The position numbers and the translations under genes are program-made. 20,000 bases of DNA, taken from contig JAHBMJ010000179.1 in the NCBI GenBank assembly GCA_018398765.1, forward strand, positions 114,648 to 134,647, written 5' to 3'. The notes under the pieces are model-generated. The model was given only the letters and a program-made list of their open reading frames with translations, had not been told where the DNA came from and searched no databases. This DNA comes from Chromera velia (taxonomy: Eukaryota). Below are positions 7,462-16,863 of the stretch, piece after piece. Every line of letters begins with the position of its first letter. Position 1 is the stretch's first letter.

Positions 7462-10107
7462 ATGGCTTTGACAGACCACCAAGTGTTGCAGTATTTGCTG
7501 GCGTCGTACGAGCCAAGGCCGGACGCCTGTCGCAAAGGTGTGGTCACGTGGGTTGGTAACACTGGCGCTGGGAAGAGCACGGGTGTTGCTGTACAGACCG
7601 GTGCGACTTTTCGCAGAGACTCCGAGGGACGGCTCGTCCTTCATTCCAATGTGAGGACGCCTCGTACGTCCCAGTGCCTGGAGTCTCAGACCCTCCATCC
7701 AGCCACTTTCCCCGACTACAAGGACCCCCAATTCGTGCATGTTGATACAGGTGGATACTTCGATACTCGCGGCCCCCTCTACGCGACGTGGACAGCGCAA
7801 TCTGTCGCGGGGGTTGTAGCTTCTTCGAAGGTGTTGCAGTGTGTTGTTGCAACAGTCTCCTACACCAACTGCTTTCCCTCTAGTCGAGCTCCTCCTGCCG
7901 TTATTCACTCCTGGGCTGACTTTGCGGCACAGATGCAGACGACTTTTCCCTCCCATCTGGTGTCTTCTGACTCCATGATCTACTTCGTGTCGAAGGCTTT
8001 CGACATGGACATGATGGCTACTGTCAGCCGAGAGCGGCTGAACAAGGACATCGATGACTACATCGCGTTCGCCAAGAAGAGCATCTCGGAATGCGGGGCC
8101 CGACTTCGACAGACGCATCCCAAGCAGGCTGCTGCTGTGCGTAGTGCTTTGGGTGAAATCCGTGGGGCCCTCACGGATGTCGTTGCAATTGGGGGGCAGC
8201 AGGATGAGGACGAGGACCTGGACAACCATATCAAGAACGCGCTCACTGGGGTTCATCTTCAGAACGTGCCGCGCGACAACGAGGACATGGCCATGCTCCA
8301 CAAAATCCAGGGTGGGGTGCGGGAGATCATCAGATTTCGCGAGTGCCTCATGAAAGGACGTGTGGTTCTCAGCGACCCGTCCACGTTCCTCGTCCCGGAG
8401 GGTTGCAAGAAGCAAAGGGAGAAGGTTGGCCACCTGGTCGCGCGCTCCATGCCTCTGAACGGACCTCGCCTGACTGCGGCTGTTTCCCAGGGGCATGGGG
8501 TCGAGTTTGCCGATCTTCTGGTGCTAGCAGCACAACAGTACACTGAGCCCCTGAAGGATTTGTCCAACGTTGCTGCTGAGGTGAAAACAGAGATCGAGAA
8601 CAAAGAGACCCTCCTCAGAAGGCTGGAGGCAGACTGGAGGGGCGTGAAGGAAGAGAGACTGAAAGCGCTGAGAGAGGAGTTTAAGCAAGCCGATGCTGAC
8701 ATGATCAGGATCGAGAAACGAATTGAACACCTCAGGTCAGCTGAGAACGAGTCGGTCGATCTTTTTTTTTTTCGGTTATTTCTTCCACAGTTGAAGCCTC
8801 CTTGGATGCTCTTCAAAGTTCTGACTTTCCCGATGGACCTTCTGTGTTCTCTCAGTGACCTCTGTGCACTTTATTTTGCTACCTTCTCTGCTGAATTTCT
8901 CTGCGCCCCCCCTCTGCCTTCGTGCAGAACTTCCGAAAGGCATGTGGTCATCACAGAGGAACAGATTCACAAGCTCAACACTGGATGGCAGTGGTTTTGG
9001 GGTGTTCCTGTCACGCACTCGGCCACAAGCGGGAGAGACATTCCGATCTTTACCTACCGGTACGAGCAAGAGGGTGGCGACGTTGTCAGCGCCGAGCACA
9101 CGTATGAGAGAGACTACCGGAAGTTGACTGTCGATGTGTCGGCCAAGTGGGAGATCAAGGGAACGGTGAAGGTGATTGCCCTCGAGAAGGACACCCCCGT
9201 CGCGAAGGAGACTGTGACACATGAAGAGACAAAGCTGGAGCAGCAGAAAACACTGTGTCAGGACTTGAGAAGCCGCATTCAAACGCTTCGGGATGCAGGG
9301 AACAAGGAAGCAGTTGAGGGAATTCTAGCTGCAGACTTCCAAATGAAGAAAGCTCGACTGGAAGGCCTGCGTGAGTGGCTTCAGGGGACAGAGGTTTTTC
9401 AACGAGAGACAACGTACGAATACTGCCGGCAGAACACCCGAAGGGGACTGGCCTGTTTCCTGGCCACCATGAGAATGGGGGGTCTTCTCAAGTCCCTCGA
9501 TCCTTCTGTCGCTGAGACCCTCTCAGAGTTCGAGCGAGTCTCCAGAGAAGCCAACGAAAGACTGACGAACCCGACGCTCCGAGGCCTCCTGGGAGATCTG
9601 TCTATCGAGGTTGTGAAGGTCGCTCAGGACGTGGAGAAGCCTACCAATCTCCCCCTGGTAGTTGCCGGTGAGGTTGCTGAGAAGCTCGAGGACCTTCGGT
9701 CTTTCGCACAGGATGTGTCAGTCTGGAGTGCGAAGAAGGGGTTCGAGGTGTTCATGGGGGTCGTCCACGTTGCGGCCGCCGCAATGGAGCAGCGGCCTCT
9801 TGAAACAGGCGTTTTCCTCCTCGCCCTGTCGTTGATGCTCCTGTTCAGGGTCGTGAACAGCTTCCAGGGCCTCGTGGTGACTCTTGCTTTTCCGTTGGGC
9901 TGCGTCTTGACGGTGAGGGCGACGGTGGGTACAACGGGTCGACTTTCCGAGCAACTGCAGAATGTGCATCAGGCGCTCTCGAGGTTTTCATTTTGGCGAC
10001 ACTCAGAGACGATGGCGTTGGAGTTCATTGCAGCATTGAAGAGAATGAAATGGAGTGACGTGATGGAGGGAATTTTTGCTGGACTCTGCGCCAAAAGAAG
10101 TGAATGA
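7462..10107 (+). CDS. Large TRAFAC-class P-loop GTPase with coiled coils and C-terminal two-TM hairpin; probable join(7462..8735,8928..10107), 817 aa (881 aa if unspliced)
   Basis: G1 GNTGAGKST (7555-7581), G2-like SQTLHP, G3 DTGG within VDTGGYFDTRG (7744-7755), G4-like FVSKAFD. Heptad-rich helices at ~8560-8735 and ~9200-9300. Hydrophobic segments GVFLLALSLMLLFRVV (~9808-9855) and LVVTLAFPLGCVLTV (~9871-9915). The start codon is uncertain because an upstream exon is possible. Confidence 0.8.
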   Translation: MALTDHQVLQYLLASYEPRPDACRKGVVTWVGNTGAGKSTGVAVQTGATFRRDSEGRLVLHSNVRTPRTSQCLESQTLHPATFPDYKDPQFVHVDTGGYFDTRGPLYATWTAQSVAGVVASSKVLQCVVATVSYTNCFPSSRAPPAVIHSWADFAAQMQTTFPSHLVSSDSMIYFVSKAFDMDMMATVSRERLNKDIDDYIAFAKKSISECGARLRQTHPKQAAAVRSALGEIRGALTDVVAIGGQQDEDEDLDNHIKNALTGVHLQNVPRDNEDMAMLHKIQGGVREIIRFRECLMKGRVVLSDPSTFLVPEGCKKQREKVGHLVARSMPLNGPRLTAAVSQGHGVEFADLLVLAAQQYTEPLKDLSNVAAEVKTEIENKETLLRRLEADWRGVKEERLKALREEFKQADADMIRIEKRIEHLRSAENESVDLFFFRLFLPQLKPPWMLFKVLTFPMDLLCSLSDLCALYFATFSAEFLCAPPLPSCRTSERHVVITEEQIHKLNTGWQWFWGVPVTHSATSGRDIPIFTYRYEQEGGDVVSAEHTYERDYRKLTVDVSAKWEIKGTVKVIALEKDTPVAKETVTHEETKLEQQKTLCQDLRSRIQTLRDAGNKEAVEGILAADFQMKKARLEGLREWLQGTEVFQRETTYEYCRQNTRRGLACFLATMRMGGLLKSLDPSVAETLSEFERVSREANERLTNPTLRGLLGDLSIEVVKVAQDVEKPTNLPLVVAGEVAEKLEDLRSFAQDVSVWSAKKGFEVFMGVVHVAAAAMEQRPLETGVFLLALSLMLLFRVVNSFQGLVVTLAFPLGCVLTVRATVGTTGRLSEQLQNVHQALSRFSFWRHSETMALEFIAALKRMKWSDVMEGIFAGLCAKRSE
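8736..8927 (+). other. Probable in-frame (192 nt, 3n, stop-free) intron in the GTPase gene
   Basis: CAG|GTCAGC donor, T/C-rich interior including a T11 run, CTGAA branch-like motif and CTTCGTGCAG acceptor. Splicing gives IEHLR-TSERH and removes an atypical F/L/P/C-rich 64-aa stretch. Confidence 0.75.
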
Positions 10108-10644
10108 GCTCGATGATGATCAATTGATCTGTGCGTGTGTTGAAAAACATTTTTCTTGCATGCTTTCTTTCTCTGGGAGACGTCGGTCTTTTTCGCCTTT
10201 CTTTCTTTGTTTTTGACTTTCGTGCTTCGACGCGTGCCCGTCCGTGTCGGCACGTCTCTGACTGACTTTGTCCGAAGCCAACGGAATTACTGCATCGACG
10301 GATGGAGAACGCTCATTGGATTGTACCACTCGTCAGCAGCAGTTCATGCCTCAGTTCGTGCCTGAACTCTTGTGCGTCTCTTCTTTACTGTAGGCGGCTG
10401 TTCGTTTTTCTTTGTTCTGGCTTGGAAAGAACTTTGGCCGTCTCCGTTCTCTCAGCCTTTGTCGCTTCCCGTCCCCTTCTTCTTATGGCTTCAATATGCA
10501 TGGTCGGTGGTGGGTGGGAGGGTGTCGGTGGGTGGGGCACCATGGGTGTTCAGGGGGCGCCGGGGCGGCGTAAATGAGGGACTCAATGAATGTCAAATGT
10601 TCTCCAGTCGACTTCTTCTCTAGCTTCTTCTTTTGTTGCTTGAT

Positions 10645-10650
<6 letters not shown>

Positions 10651-10684
<34 letters not shown>

Positions 10685-10686
10685 AT
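10651..10686. repeat. (TGAT)n microsatellite
   Basis: Six perfect TGAT units, one TGCT, then two more TGAT. Confidence 0.9.
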
Positions 10687-10993
10687 CAGTGACTTAAAGT
10701 GTTTGAATTGGTTTGAGTCATGCTGTATGAATGTAGAAGAACAGTCTAAAAACTTCAAAGTTCAAACTGGAATTCAATCTAGAATTCAAATCATTTTAAA
10801 AGTCTGGGATAACTTTAATTTTTGTGTGAAAATTCCATCACACCGAACAATACTCTGAACTAGATACCGACCCTAGTACCAAACCCTAGCTAGACCGAAC
10901 TACACCGAAGTTGACCGAACTTACCATACAGTTAACTCTTTCATCATACTCATTCGATCAATCTGAAACAATTATTTGTGCTGTTTACTCATA

Positions 10994-10997
<4 letters not shown>

Positions 10998-11028
<31 letters not shown>

Positions 11029-11052
11029 TGTATATATATATATATATATATA
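10998..11052. repeat. Interrupted (TA)n microsatellite
   Basis: Two TA runs separated by GTATG, inside the right AT-rich block. Confidence 0.95.
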
Positions 11053-11947
11053 ATTTATGTCACAAATTCAAAAAAAAAAAACTCATAATTGGAATTCTGT
11101 CACACCATCACTATAGCACTATAATTTAATTCTTAATTTAATTTGATCGGTGTAACTTGTTTGAAATCGAGTTTTAATCTAGGTTTTCATCGAATTTAAA
11201 AATTAGCTAACACATTAGAACCTAATACCCAGCCTGCAGCCCGGCCAATATATACTTAGCTAGGTCCTATAGGATCATACAACCTGAATAATAAAATTGC
11301 TGCCCCTGCAATTATTGACAATCTAGTTGATCTAGTAGTTAATACTAGAGTTGATAATCTTGAAATATCCACCTATATTCAAGTTCTACCAGGAATCTAG
11401 CTATACCTTGATACTAGGCCACCTATATAAAAAAAAAATAAAAAAGTAATTGCCTAAAATCGATTTTTGATTTTCTTTTTTTTTTTATTGATTTCCAATG
11501 TGAAAAATCTTGGCCCAGTTTAGATCTCCCACTTAGGAAAGGCTTTAGCTCATATAGTTTAGCTTAGGATCTAGCTTCTACTTAGCGACTACTTTGAGGA
11601 TCTGAAAGTCACTCTTGGTTTGAAGAAGTCTAGGAGGAAGTTTGCATCCATCCGGTACGGTTCTGTTTCCCCTTTTCAATAACTACGGCATGCCCGTTTT
11701 TTTCACTTACTGGCAGCAAAAAAGCGCTCACAAGATTTCTGAAAGCGAACCAACGATAAAAGGGGAACAGAATGAGAATCACCAATCTGATTGAGGACTT
11801 TACTGATGTGGAGATCGAAAAGAAAGATAAGAATTAAGAAAAATAATATAAAGAGTAAGTGAACAGTGGTCGATTCCTCTGATAAAGAGGAGGAGGAGGA
11901 CGTTATTTGGCTAGCTCCTCTTCTCAAAAGAACTGCGGCCCAGGGCC

Positions 11948-12242
11948 TCTCCGTCCCTCAGCAGCCTGCAGTAAATTAAGAAGTGAAAGAAAGAGAAAAA
12001 GAAGTGAGAAAAGGAGGAAAAGGAGGAGAGGGGAGAAAGAGGCTTCTTTTCCTGCCTAACTTCAAGTGGCTTCTTTTTCTTCTCTTTCCTGTTCGTTGTT
12101 TCAAGTCTGTTTTAACGGTTACTTGCAGGTGCCACTGGGAGGAAGGAAGAGTCTCCGTCCTTCAGCAGCCTGCAGTCAAGAAGTCGGGAAAAAAAAAAAA
12201 AAATTAAGAAAGAAAGGGAAAGGGGGAGAGGGGAGAAAGAGG
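11948..12242 (+). repeat. Degenerate direct repeat, ~200-bp period
   Basis: TCTCCGTCC(C/T)TCAGCAGCCTGCAGT at 11948 and 12152; GGAGAGGGGAGAAAGAGG ending at 12042 and 12242. Confidence 0.8.
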
Positions 12243-13015
12243 AGAGAAAGGGATGATTTATTATAATTTGTTGATGTCCCTTTCACTTTCTTCTCTAAGT
12301 CTTTCCCCTTTGTTCTTTTATGTCTGTTATATGTCTGTCGTCTGTCTTTAACGTGCAGGTGGGGGGCGGTGGGGGGATCGAGGTCGTCGAAACAAAAAAA
12401 AAGAAAATAAATGAACAAAAGAAAACTGTCTGCTGCTGTTGAGACCTGCTGAGCCTTTCCACCTCTACCTACTCCTCCCTGCCTGTCTTCTGTACTATCC
12501 CCCTCTGGCCTCTGCCTCTGCTCATGGCAAGCGAATGAAGAGACAACATGAGCATGAGCGTCCCCTCTCCGGGCCCTTATTGGGTGAATCGAACTGACGG
12601 AACTGGGGGGGGCATTTGATGTCGAGCCCTGTCTTCCTCTTTTTCTTCTGCTTCCTGTTGTCTTTGGGGAGAAGTGGGGGCCTCGTGACCTCGTCTAGGG
12701 CCTCGTGCTGCTTATGTTGCTGGGGGGACAGCGGTTCCGTCTCTGAAGGGCATACGCGGTTCGCGGGAGACCTGTGGAAGACTTGCTCAGACTTTTTGTT
12801 AGTCTAGGCACTAGGCCTAGCACTAAGCTGACTTTGAGGACCTAGATGTGAACATCAAAAAAAAAAAAAAAAAAACTAATTAGGTTTTTAGCTCAATTTT
12901 TTTTTTTTGATATATGGGTAGCCTAGACTTTAATATTTACACTGTTACTAATTGCTAGACTAATTGTTACACAAAGGACCCAGATTTAGACCTAGATGCA
13001 TATATAACTAAAACA

Positions 13016-13060
13016 ATGACAGTGGCATGACAGTGGCATGACAGTGGCACAAGCAGTGGC
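13016..13060 (+). repeat. 11-bp tandem repeat (ATGACAGTGGC)x3 plus one degenerate copy
   Basis: Perfect units at 13016, 13027 and 13038, then ACAAGCAGTGGC. Confidence 0.9.
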
Positions 13061-15705
13061 ATTATAACACAAAATCAAGAGTCACCATGTATGGTCCATA
13101 ATTGGTGAATCAATCGCGGCCCATGCATCATGCAGTCTCGATCGACCAGGCGGAAGTTGTTTGAATTTGGGTAGGATTTCATTCCTTTGTTTCAATCAGA
13201 CAATCAGACAGGCTTCGCGAGCGCTCCTCAGAGCATATTGAACAGTGACTGTACGTACTTTCTCATCAAGAATCCAATGCATGCATGTCTTGATGATTGA
13301 TCGCCTTCCTCCTGCCATGCCCCATCCGCGAACCGTACTGCCCGAACAATAGATAGGCTGCATTTTGTGTTTGTCTCCCTCTGAGACGCCTTGTTTTTGC
13401 CTATCTTCGATGACTGGATTGACCGGTCGACCAATCGATCAATCATTTCATCACGCATTCGGCCTCGTCCTTCCGACCCCAAACGTTGTTTTCTTCATTA
13501 GAGGCTGCGCGACTTCTTCATGATGGGGAGATTGTCTGTCTTGCGGAAGTGCTGTTGTTACGTATACAAGTCAGAGGTCGCACATAGGGAAGGAAGGAAG
13601 CAAAGACAGCAGGCAGGCAGATACACAAGACTTCATGGGTGTTCTAATTACGTCCATTCGAGTCATTCTCCAGTTTTCCTCTCTTTCTTTACCTTTGTCT
13701 GTCCGGTTTGCTAGATGCATCGACCCTCACTCTCCCTCCGTCCCATGCAGTTTCTCTGTCTGGCAACTTTGAATGGATGGACCAGGCAGACAGACATGAG
13801 AGAGGCCAACAAACAAGGCCGCCTGCCTGCCTACGTTCCTTCCTTCCTTCCTTCACTTCCTCCTTCAAATGAATCGATTCCCTGCCATTCCTCTTCCCTC
13901 CGCCCGCAATTCTAATAACACCCTCTTCCTATCTGGAACGGCAGCAGCAGCATCGCTCATTCAGTCGTCCTTTCCTCCGTTCACCCATGCACTTCATGGA
14001 CCTACCTTGCTTCTCTCCCTTCAGTGCCGTGCATGAACATGCTCCTCTCTCTCTCTCCCTTCCTTCCTTCTCTCATCTCTGGATGATTTCGTGCCTGAGG
14101 TGAGAGGAGCACATGCATTTCCCCTTGTTTGACCTCGTGAAAACCAAACGAACGAAGCCTTTCCTTCCTTCCCTCCAGTCGTCCTCTAGACAGGTCAGAG
14201 AGATGCAAGGGGGTAGGGAAGGGATCATGAAACGAACAAACGAGCCTTTTTCTTTTCCCCTCACCTCAGACAGGCCAGCAGACTGACATACAGATCAGAG
14301 AGAGAGAGAGAAACGGGCCTAAAGTGTTGTCAAAGGGTAAAGAATCACATGTGACGGCCTCCCTTTGCACGTTGCTTCTCTTCCTCTTTCTGTTAATAGA
14401 GCGTGTTCTTGTCTTCTTCTTACAGGATGCATCAATGAAGGAGGAGGTTAAAACAGCGAGTGGGAAGTGAAACAGTTGGAGAGGAGGGAGAGGAGGAGAC
14501 AGGAGAGGAGAGAATGAAATGAAGCACCCTTCTGCAACGACGATCAACAAAGCCAGTCACCCTGCGCCTTGTTTGCGGACAGATCCATAGGATGAACAGG
14601 AGAAATGCAGTCAATTGGTATTCATTCTCTTTGAATGGATGGATGAATGGATGGATGCGGAGGTTCATGACGATGGGTTGAGGTCTCTTCCTTCCGCTCT
14701 TCCTTTGGATTCTTCGTCAGATCGACAGAGAGAGAGGCCTATCCCTTCGCGAGTCCTCCATGCTCCAGCCATCTTTCTTTCCCTCTGTTTCTCTCCGACC
14801 ATCCCTCATTCATCTTCTGTCCTCCGTCTCTCTGCAGCCCTCCAGTGCACTCACTCATCCATTCCATCCGTCCCGTCCCGCACAATCATTTTTACATCTG
14901 TTCACCCACCCATCATTCATTCATCGTCCATCCTTCCATTCGGGTCGGACAGCCTTCCCCCCCCCAACGAGAAGGGATCGGGACAGCACGTACATGCAAG
15001 AAGTGACGAGAGAAGGTACACGAGGAGGAATAAAGGAGTGCATACAGAACTGCTACAGGTAGAGAGAGAGGGGGAGGGGCGGGTGCCATCGTAAAAGGAA
15101 TCGAGCTTTAATCAGCGTTCCTTCTTCTTTCTTCATTCAAATTGCCCGTTGATCAGTCAGTCTCGGTCTTGCCTTCTGCACGTCTCTTTCTGTCTTCTCC
15201 GTCTTGGTCACTGTCTCTGTCAGTCTATCCAGCTCCCCCGACCGTCACGCAACCTCTCGTCATCATACACCGACACCCTTTGGCACGGTGCTGTTTCTTT
15301 TTACCATCCTCTTTTTTACACATGTGAGTGTGGCTAGGGGCTGGGACATCTGACAGTTTTTGTCTCTGTGTGTGTGAGAGAGAAAGAGAATAGGCAGTCA
15401 AGGCTTCAACGGGGTCGAGCTGGATCTCAGTAACACAGGGGAAAGAAAGAAGGGAAAGAATGAAGCAAGAAAGCAGCCGACTGCTCGATGGAAGGCGAGG
15501 ACCACCAACAGAAAGGAAAGGAGTCATACACAGGTTTTCATTCAGCACTTCCACAGATTCCGGAATGAAGCATACATGCACGCACGAAGGAAGGAAGACG
15601 ATGAGAAAGGAGAAGAAAAGAGGAGACAAGAAAGAGATCACACGATCAGTGAAGAGGGGGGGGGAGAAAGGGAACGTGTGCACCCATGCATCCATACATG
15701 CATTC

Positions 15706-15706
<1 letters not shown>

Positions 15707-15734
<28 letters not shown>
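15707..15734. repeat. (TCTG)n microsatellite
   Basis: Seven perfect TCTG units. Confidence 0.9.
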
Positions 15735-15739
<5 letters not shown>

Positions 15740-16863
15740 TCAAAGAAGATAGAAGAGAAGTTAGAAGAGAAGGCAGAGATACACGAACGCAAACAGTCCG
15801 ATTCACGTGAGGAAACTGCGCAGGACGATCTGTCATTTCTTCATTGACTTTGTTTCACTTCGTCCATCAACCCATCCATCGAGGACAGGAAAGAACGACA
15901 GGAAGAAAAACAATGAATGATGGACAAGCGAATTTGAGATGACAGGTAAGGGAAGATGCGGTTACACGATTTGCTTGCCGAGCCTGTCTGCATGCCCTCC
16001 CGATCGTTTCACCAGCTCACCTCAAGCAAAGTTTCGCTCTGTCCTCTTTGTCTCTTCCCTCTTTCTCTCTGTATGCGCCGACGTTCCTTCTTTCTCGACT
16101 GAGTCTCTCCCGCTCTCCCCTGCCCCAAAGAGCCCCCTTCTGTCAGGACGAAAGCGTTGACAGACAAACGGACAGACTGAAGGAAAGACACACACACCCT
16201 CCTCTCTACCCGCAGGACTCCAGAGACGCATCCGGTGTCATGCAGACCATGCAGCGAGAAAAAAAAAAAGAAAGAACCAACAATGAGCAGGAAAGAGACA
16301 AACACAACGGATGGATCCTTGAATGAATTCATTGAAGTCTACCATACCAGGCCAGAGCGGCGTGGAAGGAAGGAAAGAAAGACAGAAAGAAAGAGGGGAG
16401 CATGCATGATGGATCGATCCATAGAACAGTTTCCTTGATTCTCTCTCTTCACGTCTATCTCTCTTCTCCTTGTCTCACTTTCTTCTTCCGATTCCTCCCA
16501 GACCCCCCACACTGCCCCCACCATTTCCACACTTACACAGAGGGGACGACAGCAAGAGTGGAGAGTGGGAGCGGAAAGAAGGTAAATGATTTATTTTCTT
16601 TGGGCTTTCGTTCTCTCTCACGGAAATGAGAAGACGGGAAGCGAAGAGAAGGAAGGAGATCTGTCCATTGGTCGACAAAGGGGGGCCATAGAAGAAGATA
16701 TACAGACAGGAGGTGAGGGAGAGAACAGGAAGAGAATCGGAAGAGTCAACGGAACGAGAACGTCAACATCAGACACCCGTATCCCTTTCCTTTCCTTCTC
16801 TTCCTACCCCCCCAACCCCCCAATTCCCCCCCCAATTCCTCCATCCAGCAATTCATGAATGAA

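Noticed and set aside
7450..8816. Long antisense ORFs (348 aa at 7450-8496, 185 aa at 8259-8816)
   Set aside because: Shadow frames of the GTPase CDS; no recognisable motifs.
3965..11640. Lipase-GTPase island as a bona fide transposon
   Set aside because: No transposase, integrase or RT, and no terminal inverted repeats, LTRs or target-site duplication found by eye.
13016..13060. Short repeats as a CRISPR-like array
   Set aside because: 11-bp head-to-tail units without spacers; a simple minisatellite.
13100..16860. Numerous short ORFs and scattered splice-like signals
   Set aside because: I could not assemble a coherent multi-exon protein. The sequence is microsatellite-rich and resembles a long 3' UTR or intergenic DNA.
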